Shown: one piece after another, positions 11,350 to 23,539 of the stretch
How the letters are laid out: each line of letters opens with the position of its first letter
Position numbering within the stretch: position 1 is the first letter of the stretch
DNA from: Haliotis rufescens
Taxonomy: Eukaryota
Assembly: GCF_023055435.1 (NCBI RefSeq)
Contig: NW_025964334.1
Span: forward strand, 48,112,001 to 48,176,000
Length of the DNA: 64,000 nt
Direction: 5' to 3'
Position numbers and translations under genes: made by a program
Notes under the pieces: generated by a model
The model's database searches: none
The model's input: only the letters and a program-made list of their open reading frames with translations
Told to the model about the DNA's origin: nothing

Positions 11350-14300
11350 CAGATCAGTATAAGGTTTAAAAGTGGCAGAATTATGGATTTTGTGGACTTA
11401 CAGGACTTACGTACAATTGTTTTACCATACTTCAACCCCCGGTTATTCAGTTATGAATTCATTCTACCAAATTAAAAATCAATTACTTTATACTATATAT
11501 ATTATGATAAAAATTTATCTATTAATTCTATTTTTTTAGGAAACTGATGATTAAATGAGCACGTATTTGACTAAAAAGATCCTTGATGGATGAAACATTG
11601 AAACACTTATCCCTTGTAATGGAAAAATCAATACAGTCAAGCAGTACGTGCTTGACTGTGATTCTCTCGTCACAAGGGATACAAAACGGATGGTCCTCAC
11701 CTTACATTCGTGTGTATATCTTGAATGGCCAATATGACATCGTCGTAAAATGACCTCTTCAAATCTGGACTGACAACCCAAGTAGGTGTAACCATAGTTG
11801 GCTTAATTTGATGTGATTTATTGATACCTACTTGGGCGTCCCACTTCTTTGGCATAAGATCCCTGATGTAACATCTCATCACAGGTTTATTCTCACTGTT
11901 TAGAATTAGAATTAGTGTCACAGATTTGTTGAGTGCTGCTTCAGCTTCAGCATCAGCCATTGTGTTGACTTTTATAACCACATGACTGGGCAACCAACAA
12001 AAGACAATGTCGTATTGACCAGTTGAAAGATCAACATAAAGTTGTAAAATGTTTAAAATATTTGGATGATTAGAAGAGACTTTTTTCAGTACCTGAAGAC
12101 AAGATAGAGATTCAGAAAAGATGACAAATTGTTTATATGCAAACCTCTTTTGAATGTATATCAAAGGCTGTAAGGATAGCATTGGCCTCAGCAGGGAAAA
12201 TTGAGCTATTGTATGGTATTCTAGATGATAAATGTTTTGATCCAACGACAGTGGTGCATGCTTGGATCCATCAGTTAAGGTTGAACGGTGTGTGTCGTAT
12301 TTATTTCTTAATTGTAAATCTTCCTGTTGATATACTAGTTGGTTTGTGTCAGATATAATAAAACGGGTTAGAGAAACGTCTACTTCTGGCCTCACCAGCT
12401 GCCAGGGAGGAGTAGATAAAGCTGGTATGGAGATATAATACCTAGAACTATATTTGCAGCAATAATGTGTGATTTGATCCGAAATCCAAGTGGTGAAAAC
12501 AGTTTTGGTTTTCTCTGAAACAGTTCTTCATATAGGGGATGAAAAACGGAGTCATAGGCAGGATTAAAAGGATTGGAGTGTAATTTAGCGATATATTGAA
12601 GAGACAATTTAATACCACGTTGTTCAAAGAAGGTTCATCAGCCTCGACATAGATTCTGTCGACTGGAGAAGTTCTAAAAGAACCAAGGCATAGTCGTAGT
12701 CCTTGATGGTGGATTCAATCTAGCTGTAAGCTCCAGCATACACAATGGAGGCATTGTCCAATTTAGAGCAGATTAATGATCCCCTCCCCACTTTGAATTT
12801 GAGACGACTTTCAAAATATATAGGGCCTTCAGGCATTTAGTCTTTAAATATTTAATATGTGGCAAAAACGTCAAATGGTGGTCGAAAAACAATCCAAAAA
12901 ATGTGGCTTCTTTAATCCTTAAACCTTAATTGGAGTGTTATCTGGGTCTTTATGGGGGTTTATATTTCCGACAGAAATTTATGCAAATGGTCTTAGTCTG
13001 TGAAAACTTAAAGCCATTCTCTAGACACCATTTATGAATTTTATTAAGACACAACTGTAACTGTCTTTCAATGACACGCATATTTTTACCACAACATGAA
13101 ATATTAAAATCATCCACAAACAATGACCAATCGGTTGAGTCATTTAATACTTTAGATAAACTTTTTATTTTTATACTAAACAATTGACAGAAAATATACT
13201 GCCCTTTGGAACACCCTAATGCTGACTATAATGATAAGACAGGGTCGATACAACACGAACTTGAAATTGTCTGTCTGTTAAAAACTGTGATACAAATTGA
13301 GGCAAGCGGCCTCTTAAACAAAAGTCATGTAAATCTTTTAAAATACCATGCTTCCAAGAGGTATCATAAGCTTTTACAAGACCGAAAAAGATCGATACAG
13401 CATGTTGTTTATTGACAAAAGCATTTTTAGTAAATGATTCTAAACGAACTAAATGGTCAATTGTACCTCGTTTTTTACGAAAACCTCATTTGATATTACT
13501 GAGAAGATTGTATGGCATTTCTCCACGAAGAAGGAAAATGTCCTGTTGTCGAAATATCATCAAAAATATTCAGTGGTGTTACGAGACAAGATTCAGGCAA
13601 GTGTTTTAAGAGCTGATAATGGATATCATCAGCACCAGTTGCAGTATCATGAGCCTGTGCTAAAGCAGTGTGTAGCTCATGTAGTAAAAATACTTCGTTA
13701 TAATCTTCGCCATTGTCATGTAAATCTTTTTTTTTAAAAACATGCTTCCAAGAGGTATCATAAGCTCTTACAAGCCCAGTTTGTTTGCAATATCTGATTT
13801 TTCAGTCAATAAATTATCGTCATTTTTTAACCTTTCTCTTTGATTTTTTGGATCACGTTCCACACCTTTGACATAGGCGTCGGTGATTTTATTTTGGAAA
13901 CATAATCCTTCCAAGTCTGACGTTTATTGTATTTTTAAGTTCGACGAGCCTTGGCATAATTATTTTTTACATAAATCAAATTATGAACAGTAGGATGGTC
14001 GAAAGTATTTCTCTGCCTTCTCCCTGTGCTTCCTAGTTTCTTTGCACTCGTCAGTAAACCATGGTTTCCGAATATGTGGGTTCACAGAGGACTTAGGAAT
14101 AGTTTCATCAGAGAACAACTGAATTGGGTCAGGAACATCCATAAAAAGGTCTTGTTGCAATATGTCAATAAATATGGTCTGAAATAATGGCCAATTTGCC
14201 TTAGACAATTTCCATCTTCTTGTAGGTGGATCATCAAAGGGGTTTATAGCTGTAAGTACTGTTGGAAAATGATCACTTCCACAAGTCATCATGGACTGGC

Positions 14301-16075
14301 CATTCAAATTCATTATATAAGTTAGAATCTGTGATTGACAGATCTAATACAATATAGGTACCAGTTGTAGGATGTAAATATGTGTTCGAGGCGTCGTTGA
14401 GTATGCATAATTTATTATTAGAGATAAAATCTTCAAGGATTTTCCCTTTATTGTTAGTATTGAAACTTCCTCATAGAGGCTTGTGTCCATTAAGATCACC
14501 CATGATGATACAGGGCTTAGGTAGCTGGTCAAATACATTCTGAAGATCTGACTGCTGAAAATTTGAGGATGGGGAAATATATAGGGAACAAAGTGTGAAA
14601 GTTATTTGTAGAGTAAGACGGACAGCAACAGCCTGAAGATTGCAGTTGAGAGGAACATGACTGTGGATGATGCCCTTCCTCACCAAAATGGAAGCACCGC
14701 CAGTGGCTTTATCACCTGGGGTTGAAAAAGAATGATAAGAATTGTACTGACGCAATTCAAATTTATCAGTATGCTTAAGGTAGGTTTCTTGTATATGGTT
14801 TATAATCTTGTGCTAATAATTGAACTTCATCAAGGTTATTCCTGAGTTCTCTGCAATTCCACTGATTTTAGGAGATTGAGTCATGGTGGTTCGATGGGGG
14901 ATCTCTCACGTGCACGTCTGAAAGGTGGACTCCTACTATTGCTCCAGGACGATGGGGTTACGTCCATATCTAGAGTATCAAAGGAGTTGTGGAGAAGAAC
15001 CTCTGATGACGAGGATTTCATGGTAGTCTGTTTTCTGTTTAGTTTTTTTTTTTCTTTTCTTGTTAGAGTTATAACGGCAGATTCAATAATAACTGGTTCT
15101 ACAGCCTCTGGCTCTTTAGTAATAAGCTCTACAGAAGCTTCATCAATCAAAGGTTCGGATAGGCTTATTGTTTGAGTGGAGGGCGTATTTGAAGTTACTA
15201 CAGATAAAATGTTAACAGATTGCTGTGATGTAATCCATGTCAAATCTGTTTGGATAGAAATGGATGTTTTTTAGGATTTGTAGGAGCAGCAATAGCTACA
15301 ACAGCAGAAGAAGTTCTGGTTAGGGAGTTTGTGGAAACTGTTTTTCAATCAGCTTCTTACCCTCGTAAAACGATATATTCTTGAGCTTCAGGATTTTTTA
15401 CTGTTTTTGCCATTCAGGACATAACCTTGATAAAGCCAGATGTCCTTTGCAGTTTGCACATTTCATTTCTGCTGTGCAGTCGGTGTTGTCATGGCTGTCA
15501 CCACAGCACTGATAGCCTACACAGTGGTCGCAAGATTTAGATCCATGACCAAACTTTTGGCACTTAAAACATCGGAGTGGATTGGGGACATACACCTCCA
15601 CTCCAATGTTGAGATAACCAGCTTTAATAGACTTAGGAAGGACCGAAATAGCAAAGGTAAGCCAATAAGTGTTTGACGGGATGATGTCACCGTCTCTCGA
15701 TTTCATAGTAAAACGCTTAAATGCTGTCACCCTTTGAGTTGTCAGTTCATCAGTTATTTCTTGCTCTGACATGTCGGTCAGGCAACGAGCTCTGTCTCGA
15801 ACAATGCCTCGACAAGAATACAAGGTTTTGTATGCGGACACTGCAACCTCAATATTTACGAATATAATTAAAGACAAAAGATTCAGAGATTGCTGTCTCC
15901 GTGAACACTCAACGAGAAGAGAGCCACTGAGAAGATGTGTAACGTTTTTCACTTCTCTGCAAATTCCTGGAACAGCTTTGGAAATGGCGAATGGATTCAG
16001 CTTAAATGGTTGTTTGTCAGCTGCCTCGGTCACTATACACCAGGGTTACAGGGGTGATATACTCCAGCAAGTATG
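11350..16075 (-). mobile_element. Decayed near-full-length RNase H-containing LINE (I/Nimb-like), copy A
   Basis: ORF1 (15398-16033) has NPFAISKA and CCHC knuckles (PNPLRCFKCQKFGHGSKSC). ORF2 fragments include APE endonuclease (GGASILV, SLYISP, IIMGDLNGH, GSDHFP), RT (KAYDT, LFVDDF) and RNase H (TDGSK, FCWLPSHV). Many frameshifts. Confidence 0.9.
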
Positions 16076-17534
16076 AAGCAAATAGCAATATTTGTATACA
16101 AAATTAAATGCCAGGCTCGCTTGGCCCACGACAAGAAATTGGATACATACTGAATCACCAGAGTTGGCCCATGGGCCGCCGCCTTCTGGCATAAGAATCT
16201 AGACAATCACGTTCAGTGCAATGTGTCTGCACTTTGGAAATTGGGGAATATATACGTAAATATGCACACGTTATCAATTTGCTCAAAGTAAGCATACTAT
16301 AACAAAGAAAGGAGCCCAGCGAAATATTAATGCTACTGTTTTTACACAAAGGCTTAATGCAAAAGTTAAATATTCTAACACAAATTTCATTTTTTTAAAA
16401 CATTGAGTTTGGTGGAAATAAAAATATAATATTGCAAAGCAATATTTCCTAAAGTGATAATTAAATGAAAAGTACCAGTTGTCAGGTGGATGAAAAACAA
16501 AACAGTTTTCCAAATATTATCATGATTATAGCATATTACACACATATACTCGTTTTTATTATACTCGAAGATTGTCCACCGACCACAACACTATTAAGTT
16601 TTCTGTTTGCGAAATATATTAACAGACTCAGTGGAAATAAATCACGACAATCCTCACAGTTTTAATGTTATTCCACATTTTCAAACATTTAGGATCGATA
16701 GTAAACTAATGTATAAAATAAAACCCGCCTTATAAGACCGTAACAATCTTAACATAGTGAGTGATTGCATGTGATAGTAAGTGTGAATTTTGCATGTTCT
16801 TTAACAATTGCCGTCTGGCAATGCAAAGTATACTCTCTTCCTTTCTCATCTTATGACTATGGAAATAGTTTTGTCATTTCTATTATCACCAGAGTTGTAA
16901 GCGTCAATGACCTGCACCACGTTGGGCTTCCTCCAACATTAAACTGACAGATTAATGTAAATGAAATATTTTCCAAAGCGGCGTTAAGCAGGCATAGCCC
17001 TGTCTGGAACAGTGTAGGAATCAACAGCCGAATGTTGCACAAACAAAATATCGAATTTGTCTTGGAGTGCATATTTCCATGTTTAGCTCACCCGACCTGT
17101 GCCTCTAACTATTGTACATTTAGTTCTGTAGTTGGATGCTACGGTAAACTGTTTGCGTTGTTAACCCAGGATAGGAGTCACCAGGACAGGTAACTTCGCA
17201 TGCGTGACTACATATCCAAATTAAGAATTCGTTAATTTTGATCATACCTAAGTGAACATGTTTACATTGACTTGCATTTGCCTTTGTTTATGATAGGTTC
17301 CTCCGGTGGGGCAGGATACGCTCACCTTTTCCAGAACTCCAGGTGTCATCACTATTGATAGCGTTCAGGGACACTTGGTCTGAAAAGGGCAACGTATTAT
17401 ATATTCCCCAGTAACTAATCAAGACAGTACCCCACTTGTAATGAATAACGCCATAACATGGTCTGGTATAAAAACTAAATGACATAATTGGCTCAATTTG
17501 AAATAATGAGAGTTAATAGCAGAAACTTAGGGAA

Positions 17535-17726
17535 CATAAAGGCCGCGGTCGGTCAACAATACAACCAGCCCGCAAGTATTGTATATGTCAGCACTGTTCT
17601 GTACTATCAACAGCTAGTGCAACCAGAGGTGGAAGCAACGCTTGTCGAACAGTAATCCCAAGGATATTTCCAGGGTTTCCAGGATCCCTTTCAAGTTTCC
17701 AGTCTCTGGTTCCCTTTGTTGTAAGT
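17535..17726 (+). promoter_or_regulatory. Candidate promoter / non-coding first exon of innexin copy 2
   Basis: Block with no recognisable TE similarity, with TATA-like CATAAA (17535) and ending in a GTAAGT donor (17721). Strongly conserved upstream of copy 3 (donor 29269) and copy 5 (donor 44469). Every CDS is preceded by an acceptor (ttacag|ACAACAATG, or tttcag in copy 1). Confidence 0.4.
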
Positions 17727-17949
17727 ATTATATTTTATTTTGAGATTGTTTTAGATTATTTCAAATCAATTCGGTTTATGGAATTAAAGGTCATTGGTCC
17801 AAGTAGAAAGGTACATAGTTTTACAACAGACAGTGGGCACTAGAGGTACATGTATATGACATTTAAACCTTGAAATGGCGATGTTAAACAAGTGATTATG
17901 TTAATAATAATGCCATAACTTTTTCAGGTTAACTACAGCGGAGGTTCGA

Positions 17950-18175
17950 CATGAATTGAATGTACACTTAGCAATATATCTTTTGGGTATATAATTTGCT
18001 ATTATTTCATTATATTATGGACATTTTAATAGGACATTAAAGTTTATCTGCAATCAAATTAAAATTACAAAATGTGCAGATTCTGTCTTCATTTTGCCAA
18101 CGACCTATATCTATTTGTAACCCCGTCCCACAAATTCTCCATTGAACAAAATATCATATGTTGTACAAGGTTTTC
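17950..18175 (-). mobile_element. LINE ORF2 3'-end remnant
   Basis: LQIDIGRWQNEDRICTF.NFNLIADK..VLLKCP, a C-terminal Cys motif of non-LTR ORF2. Also at ~29540-29760 and 44720-44990. Confidence 0.6.
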
Positions 18176-18664
18176 ATATTTCGAGCTTATATTAATCGTT
18201 GACCCGTGAAGATGAGGGTTAGAATAGGTCTTAAGCAACCCTTGCTTGCCGTAAGAGCCGATTGACGGGATCCGGTGGTCAGGCTCGCTGACTTGGTAGT
18301 GCATGTCATCATATCCCAATTGCGTCTCAGATATGACACAACTAATTGGTGAACAATATTCACATACACTATACTTAGTGTAACGTTTTAAAATATATAT
18401 CAATGACTGAGTGAAGATGTTAATTAATAAACGATTTGCGTTATGAAGGGAATCACAGATAAGAAACAGTATTCCACTGTTGGCAAATTCACAGGCTGAA
18501 AAGTTTCTGAATTCTAAGTGGGGTGGCACTTGGGTGGGTTTTTTCGAATACATGTTCATGATTAAGACCGGACGCTAAACTTCCTTTCATTGGAAATGTT
18601 TCCAAAGTGGATGCCAGACCACTGTTAACAACTTTGACTTTGTCACGAAGCACAAATTATCTCA

Positions 18665-18905
18665 CTGAGCAGTGGGTCGACATCAACAAATCATCTCATG
18701 GGTTGGCATACAAATCTGTCCAAATATTAATTGAGATACTGCAGATTGAGCAGGATAATACTGCGATCACAATCCAGTTAGTTTGATGCCCCCCAAGAAG
18801 AAGTTTCGAAATCAGACCATGTCCATAAGAGGGAGACAACATCTCGCTGATCAGAAACCAGTTAACGATTATCATAATGCTGTTTCACATTTAGTTTTAC
18901 TGTGA
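18665..18905 (+). mobile_element. MULE-like transposase C-terminal remnant
   Basis: Frames read STNHLMGWH ... IEILQIEQ ... PPKKKFR ... AVSHL, resembling the RTNNxxEGWH...FIxxLxxEQ region of MULE transposases. Also at ~30255-30495 and 36690-36918. Confidence 0.45.
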
Positions 18906-18991
18906 ATACTGTAAATTGGAGATGTGATGGAAAAACGTATGTATTGTGTATTTTTGTATCGTTATGTGTCGGTCTCGTATAGTGTTTAAAA

Positions 18992-19345
18992 GGTGAGGTG
19001 AGGTGAAATGGGGTTTAACGTCGCGTCCAAGATTATTGCACGCATATAGCGACGTGCATGTACGTGTGTGTGTTTGTGTGGCTGCTTGAACTAGTCCGGA
19101 CTGATTCCGATTTATAGTGCTATCTTACTGAGATACCATGCCGCAGTATAACATGAATACCCCACTCAGACACAGTATACTGACTCCGAGCCAACCAGTC
19201 CTTGTTTTAGCCCCTTAATGCCGAGAGCCAGACAGGGTAACAACAAGTACCATTTTAACGTCTTTTGGTATGACGCGGTCGGGGTCGAACCCCGGACCTT
19301 CCGCTCTCCGGTCGGACGCTCTACCACTAGACCACGGAGGCGGAC
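18992..19345 (-). mobile_element. Full-length tRNA-derived SINE (Meta-domain type)
   Basis: Minus strand starts gtccgcctccgtggtctagtggtagagcg (A box) ...ggttcgacccc (B box), then ccaaaagacgttaaaatggtacttg...gactggttggctcggagtcag and a (cacct)n tail. Absent at the equivalent site before copy 4 (~36980). Confidence 0.85.
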
Positions 19346-19997
19346 TACAATGTTGAAGAAACAAGATGGTGTTAATCCCTTGTCCAGCTGCTGAACAAAT
19401 AACAAGTCACTGTTTATGGTTCCCAACGGGATGTTAATGATAAAATGCTAGTTACAGATTGTCAATTGTTATTTTAATTATTCACAACAGCAAAATCAAA
19501 GGTGACGTTTTACACATTCAATATTTCAAGATATACAATGTTGTTATTGTTGTAGGATTAACAGAAATAGCAGAAACAGTATATGTACATTGACTTAATA
19601 TTTATAGGACAATTGATATTCGCAAAAAAAATGCAATTACTTTTATCACTTACTTGCCCTTTGACATTACTTTAAATAGATTATATTTTGTAAGTGGTAT
19701 GGTATGTTGGGAGTGACACTTGGCGCTTTGCTGCCTGAACTAGTCTGAACTAATGTATTATAGTGCAAGCCCTCTAAGATACCATGCCACAGTTTAACAT
19801 ATGTACCTCACACGGACACAGTATCACCCCTTAATGCAGAGTGCCAGGCAGAGTAATAACAATGCGATCTCATAACACATTTTGGTGTCATCGAACCACC
19901 AGCCCTCAGCTCTCTGGACAGACGCTCTATCCGCTACACCTATCTACACAATAACATGTTAATATATGAACTATGTGTTGAATGTTTACAGACAACA

Positions 19998-21176
19998 ATG
20001 GCCGCTTTCCTGTCAATATTTAGACGTGGTTTGGATCAGGACATGGTGGACAATGTGAACGGATTCTGGTCGGTTCTCCTCTTGGCCCTCTGCTCGGCTG
20101 GGGCATTTCTAGTGCGATACATTACTGATCCTACAAGCTGCTGGTACCCTTCACAATTTGAGGCATCCCAGGTTTCATACTCCGACCATGCCTGCTTCCT
20201 CACGGACGTCTTTTCCCAACCTGACACAAGTGATGTCCCCAAACTAAGGCATGATCGTGTCCCTTCCTACCATCTCTGGATACCACTCATACTCTTCTTC
20301 CAAGCCCTCGCTTTCAAAGTACCAAACATCATCTGGAACAGTGGCAAGCACTTCCTCACTTTCAACATGGACGAAACTGTCGAGTCCATGAATTGTGTAC
20401 AACTGACCAATGCTGAGAATCGACAGGCTATTTTCAGTGATGCAGCCCGAGTATTTGGAAGTCTACTGCGAAGAAATCGATTCTTTCTGGCGCTGTTGTA
20501 CCTATTTGTGAAGATTCTCTCTTTTGTCAATCTCATAGCACAGGTTATGTTCCTCACGATATACTTCAGACAAAACCTGGCAATCAGGGTAGGATCCTAT
20601 GCTGGTTTGGATATGGGCTCCATCGTAAAACCATTACTTGTGAAACAGGTATTTTGCGACATCGGTGTGTATATTATGGCAAATCTTCGAACATACACCG
20701 TTCAGTGCACTCTGCCAATCACCGAAATCTATGAGAAGATGTTCATATTCCTGTGGTACTGGGTCTTCCTCCTGGCTGTCCTCACAATCCTAAACCTTGT
20801 CCTGTGCGCAGGATTTCTCTTCATACCGTTCCTAAGAGATGGCAGGATAGCTGCCCACATCAACGCTGCCAAAGGATCTCGCCCTGACGAACCCAAAGTA
20901 ACTCGTTTCATCAGAAGTTTCCTCGGAATCGATGGTGTGCTTGTCCTGTCCATGATATCCCGGAATTCCAGCGAGTTAGTTGCAGCAGATCTCACCCAAC
21001 ATTTGTACCAGGTGTTTCAGGAGAAGGAAGAAGATCTTCAGAATCAGCGACATCTCTGCACAGGAGAACCGGAATGTGGCATTGTCCGAGATGAAGCAAC
21101 AGGAGCCGTGGCAGCTTTACCAATGAGCGATCTTCCCTCTGGCGCCGAAAAGTCGGAGAAGGCCCCGATTGTGTGA
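19998..21176 (+). CDS. Innexin paralogue 2 (392 aa)
   Basis: Same motifs as copy 1. Start placed at the ATG after the ttacag acceptor (19991) rather than at the ORF-track start 19956. Confidence 0.95.
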   Translation: MAAFLSIFRRGLDQDMVDNVNGFWSVLLLALCSAGAFLVRYITDPTSCWYPSQFEASQVSYSDHACFLTDVFSQPDTSDVPKLRHDRVPSYHLWIPLILFFQALAFKVPNIIWNSGKHFLTFNMDETVESMNCVQLTNAENRQAIFSDAARVFGSLLRRNRFFLALLYLFVKILSFVNLIAQVMFLTIYFRQNLAIRVGSYAGLDMGSIVKPLLVKQVFCDIGVYIMANLRTYTVQCTLPITEIYEKMFIFLWYWVFLLAVLTILNLVLCAGFLFIPFLRDGRIAAHINAAKGSRPDEPKVTRFIRSFLGIDGVLVLSMISRNSSELVAADLTQHLYQVFQEKEEDLQNQRHLCTGEPECGIVRDEATGAVAALPMSDLPSGAEKSEKAPIV

Positions 21177-23539
21177 CAACAGAACTGGTGTGCCATGCAT
21201 TGAATGTATTTAATTATAATGTTGGGTTTTGAAATAACCTGGTGTTGAAAGGTTCGCTTGTCACGCCTAAGTCCTAGGTTGATTTCCTGCATGTGTATAT
21301 TGTCTGAGGCCCAAAGCGGTGTCAAACTATATTCAATCGCTTAATTATTATTGTATTAAGAGTAATAACACTCACTGATTCTTTGAATGTCCGAAATGGA
21401 CATCCAGTTTGTTGAATTCCGTAATGACAGCGCCTCTATTAAAATATTTTACATTGGCACTTAACATGAAAGTATTCCTGTGTTTTTTTCTCACAGCTCT
21501 GACGTTTGGTGATGTCAGAGACTCACTGAGATGTTTCCCCGTATTGATTGACATCAATGTCAATGGCATCGTCATTTTTCAACCTGAGCAACTACCCAAG
21601 CCGTTTGGGCATAATGACACACGTTGTACTATCGGATAGTCATTAGTTGGGTCTTACCACATGCAGCAGGTGCCGGCGACCTGCACTATTTGCTGTCCTA
21701 TAATATGGTTTAGAGCGGTGGAGGAGCCTTGTGGTTACACCAAACACTCGGGTTTGATTCTTCATCATTTGTGGTGTTCCACAATGATATTGCTGGAATA
21801 CTGTGAAAAGTGGCGCAGAAACGTACTCACCCTCTCTCACACATACACACAAACACACACGCACGCACGCACACGCACACTATGACCACTCGTGTCATTT
21901 CGGGACGAGTCGATTGGTCTCAGAAATAGCTGTCTAAATATAATCGAGTCTGAACCAGTCAGATTATTATCCACGCCGTTGGGATACGATGAGACGCTAT
22001 CAAGTCACGTGACCACACGTTCCCATGAACATGCATCCGGGTTAGACCTGGACTTCAGTTACCCTTAAGTGCAGGGGACTTTGCTTCTGAAATTAAAGAG
22101 TCGACTGACGGGATCGGCATCCCAGTAACAACTGAGTTCCAAATCAATCTGCTAGAAGACCTCCTTCAGGAAAATACTATGGAAAAGTCAAATTGTGCCG
22201 TCCCCCGCCGTATTGCTGCGTGAATATTTCTAAAAGAGGTGAAAGACAATACTCACGTATGTCAGTAAACTGCCAGGCAAACGAAAGTACGTGCACACAC
22301 TTGGAAATTGGATTTGGCAAAAAAGGTGTCTTGGCTGAAAACAGTCGCCAAAACACTGCAAACGTAAGGTCCACAACACAACTGTGATACCCGTATCAAA
22401 TACATCACGATCACCTTTACTTGTTTGTTTCATTTTAGCCACCATCAAACATGGGTGTATCCTTTCTTTCGCCCGGCAGTTTATGTCGGAGTGATAACGA
22501 GTTTATGTCACCCGTGATTAAGAATGTCAGTGCAATTTGAGCTTAATTATCGATGTTTGATTGTCATTTTTTTTATCTCAATATAGTTATTTATATGCAC
22601 TTTATGATAGTTTGCAGTTTTGAATACGTTCTGGTCGGTTATACACAACAAGGATAGTGAGATGATGTTTTCTTGCTACTGGATTGAGATTTTCCGATCG
22701 CAGCCAAAATCATCCGAATGCGGAGTTAATAAATAAGAACCTTATCTAATATGCGCGTAACACTTTCTCCACTTTCTCTGATTTGAACCTCGTTGTGATA
22801 CCGTTGTTCTCATGATAAGTAAATTAACAAAAGATTTTGAATTTCGGATGGCTTTGGGAGAAATGAAGTTGTTTTTTGCAGTGACCGACATCCAAAATAC
22901 AAAAGATCATTCGTACCATATATGCCAAGATGTTTCGCCTCATTCTCTTAGGTGCTCCGACGTTCGCCTATCGGATAAATGTTGTTTTATACCGGATGCA
23001 GTTGACAATGATCTAGCTACAACACGACAATCTGTATGTAATAATTAAAGACGCTGGTTGAAAGTAAGAACACCGATCATCTATGTCCTAGCGGTAGGCT
23101 GACACAAAATCCGCCAGGCCACATGTCAACCAGGTTCTTAAATCTTGGAGGGGATTCTTCGAACCTATTCCTGAGCCCTGTTCCAGAAAGTGATCGTAGA
23201 GCTAAGGCGATCGTAGCTCACATACTTTTAATATAGACTTACGACTGTCATAACACAACGATTGCCTAGTGGAACGGGTCCCTGTCCTTGAACCATTACA
23301 TTACCTCGCATAACCACGAGCACTCGGCACGGGATTGCTTAGAATGATGACAAACAATTCTTGACAAACAAGGCCTTGTGAGCTTAGTGACAAAATACTC
23401 GAAAAAAGGTTGATTTTATCTTCTCACATGATTCAGTGCACGTCCATATATCCACCCGAATCAGTGCCCACCACTGGTTTTGTGATTGGAGTGACATGGA
23501 CTTTCTTTCTCTTCATTGAAGACCCCATCAGATCAGTAT

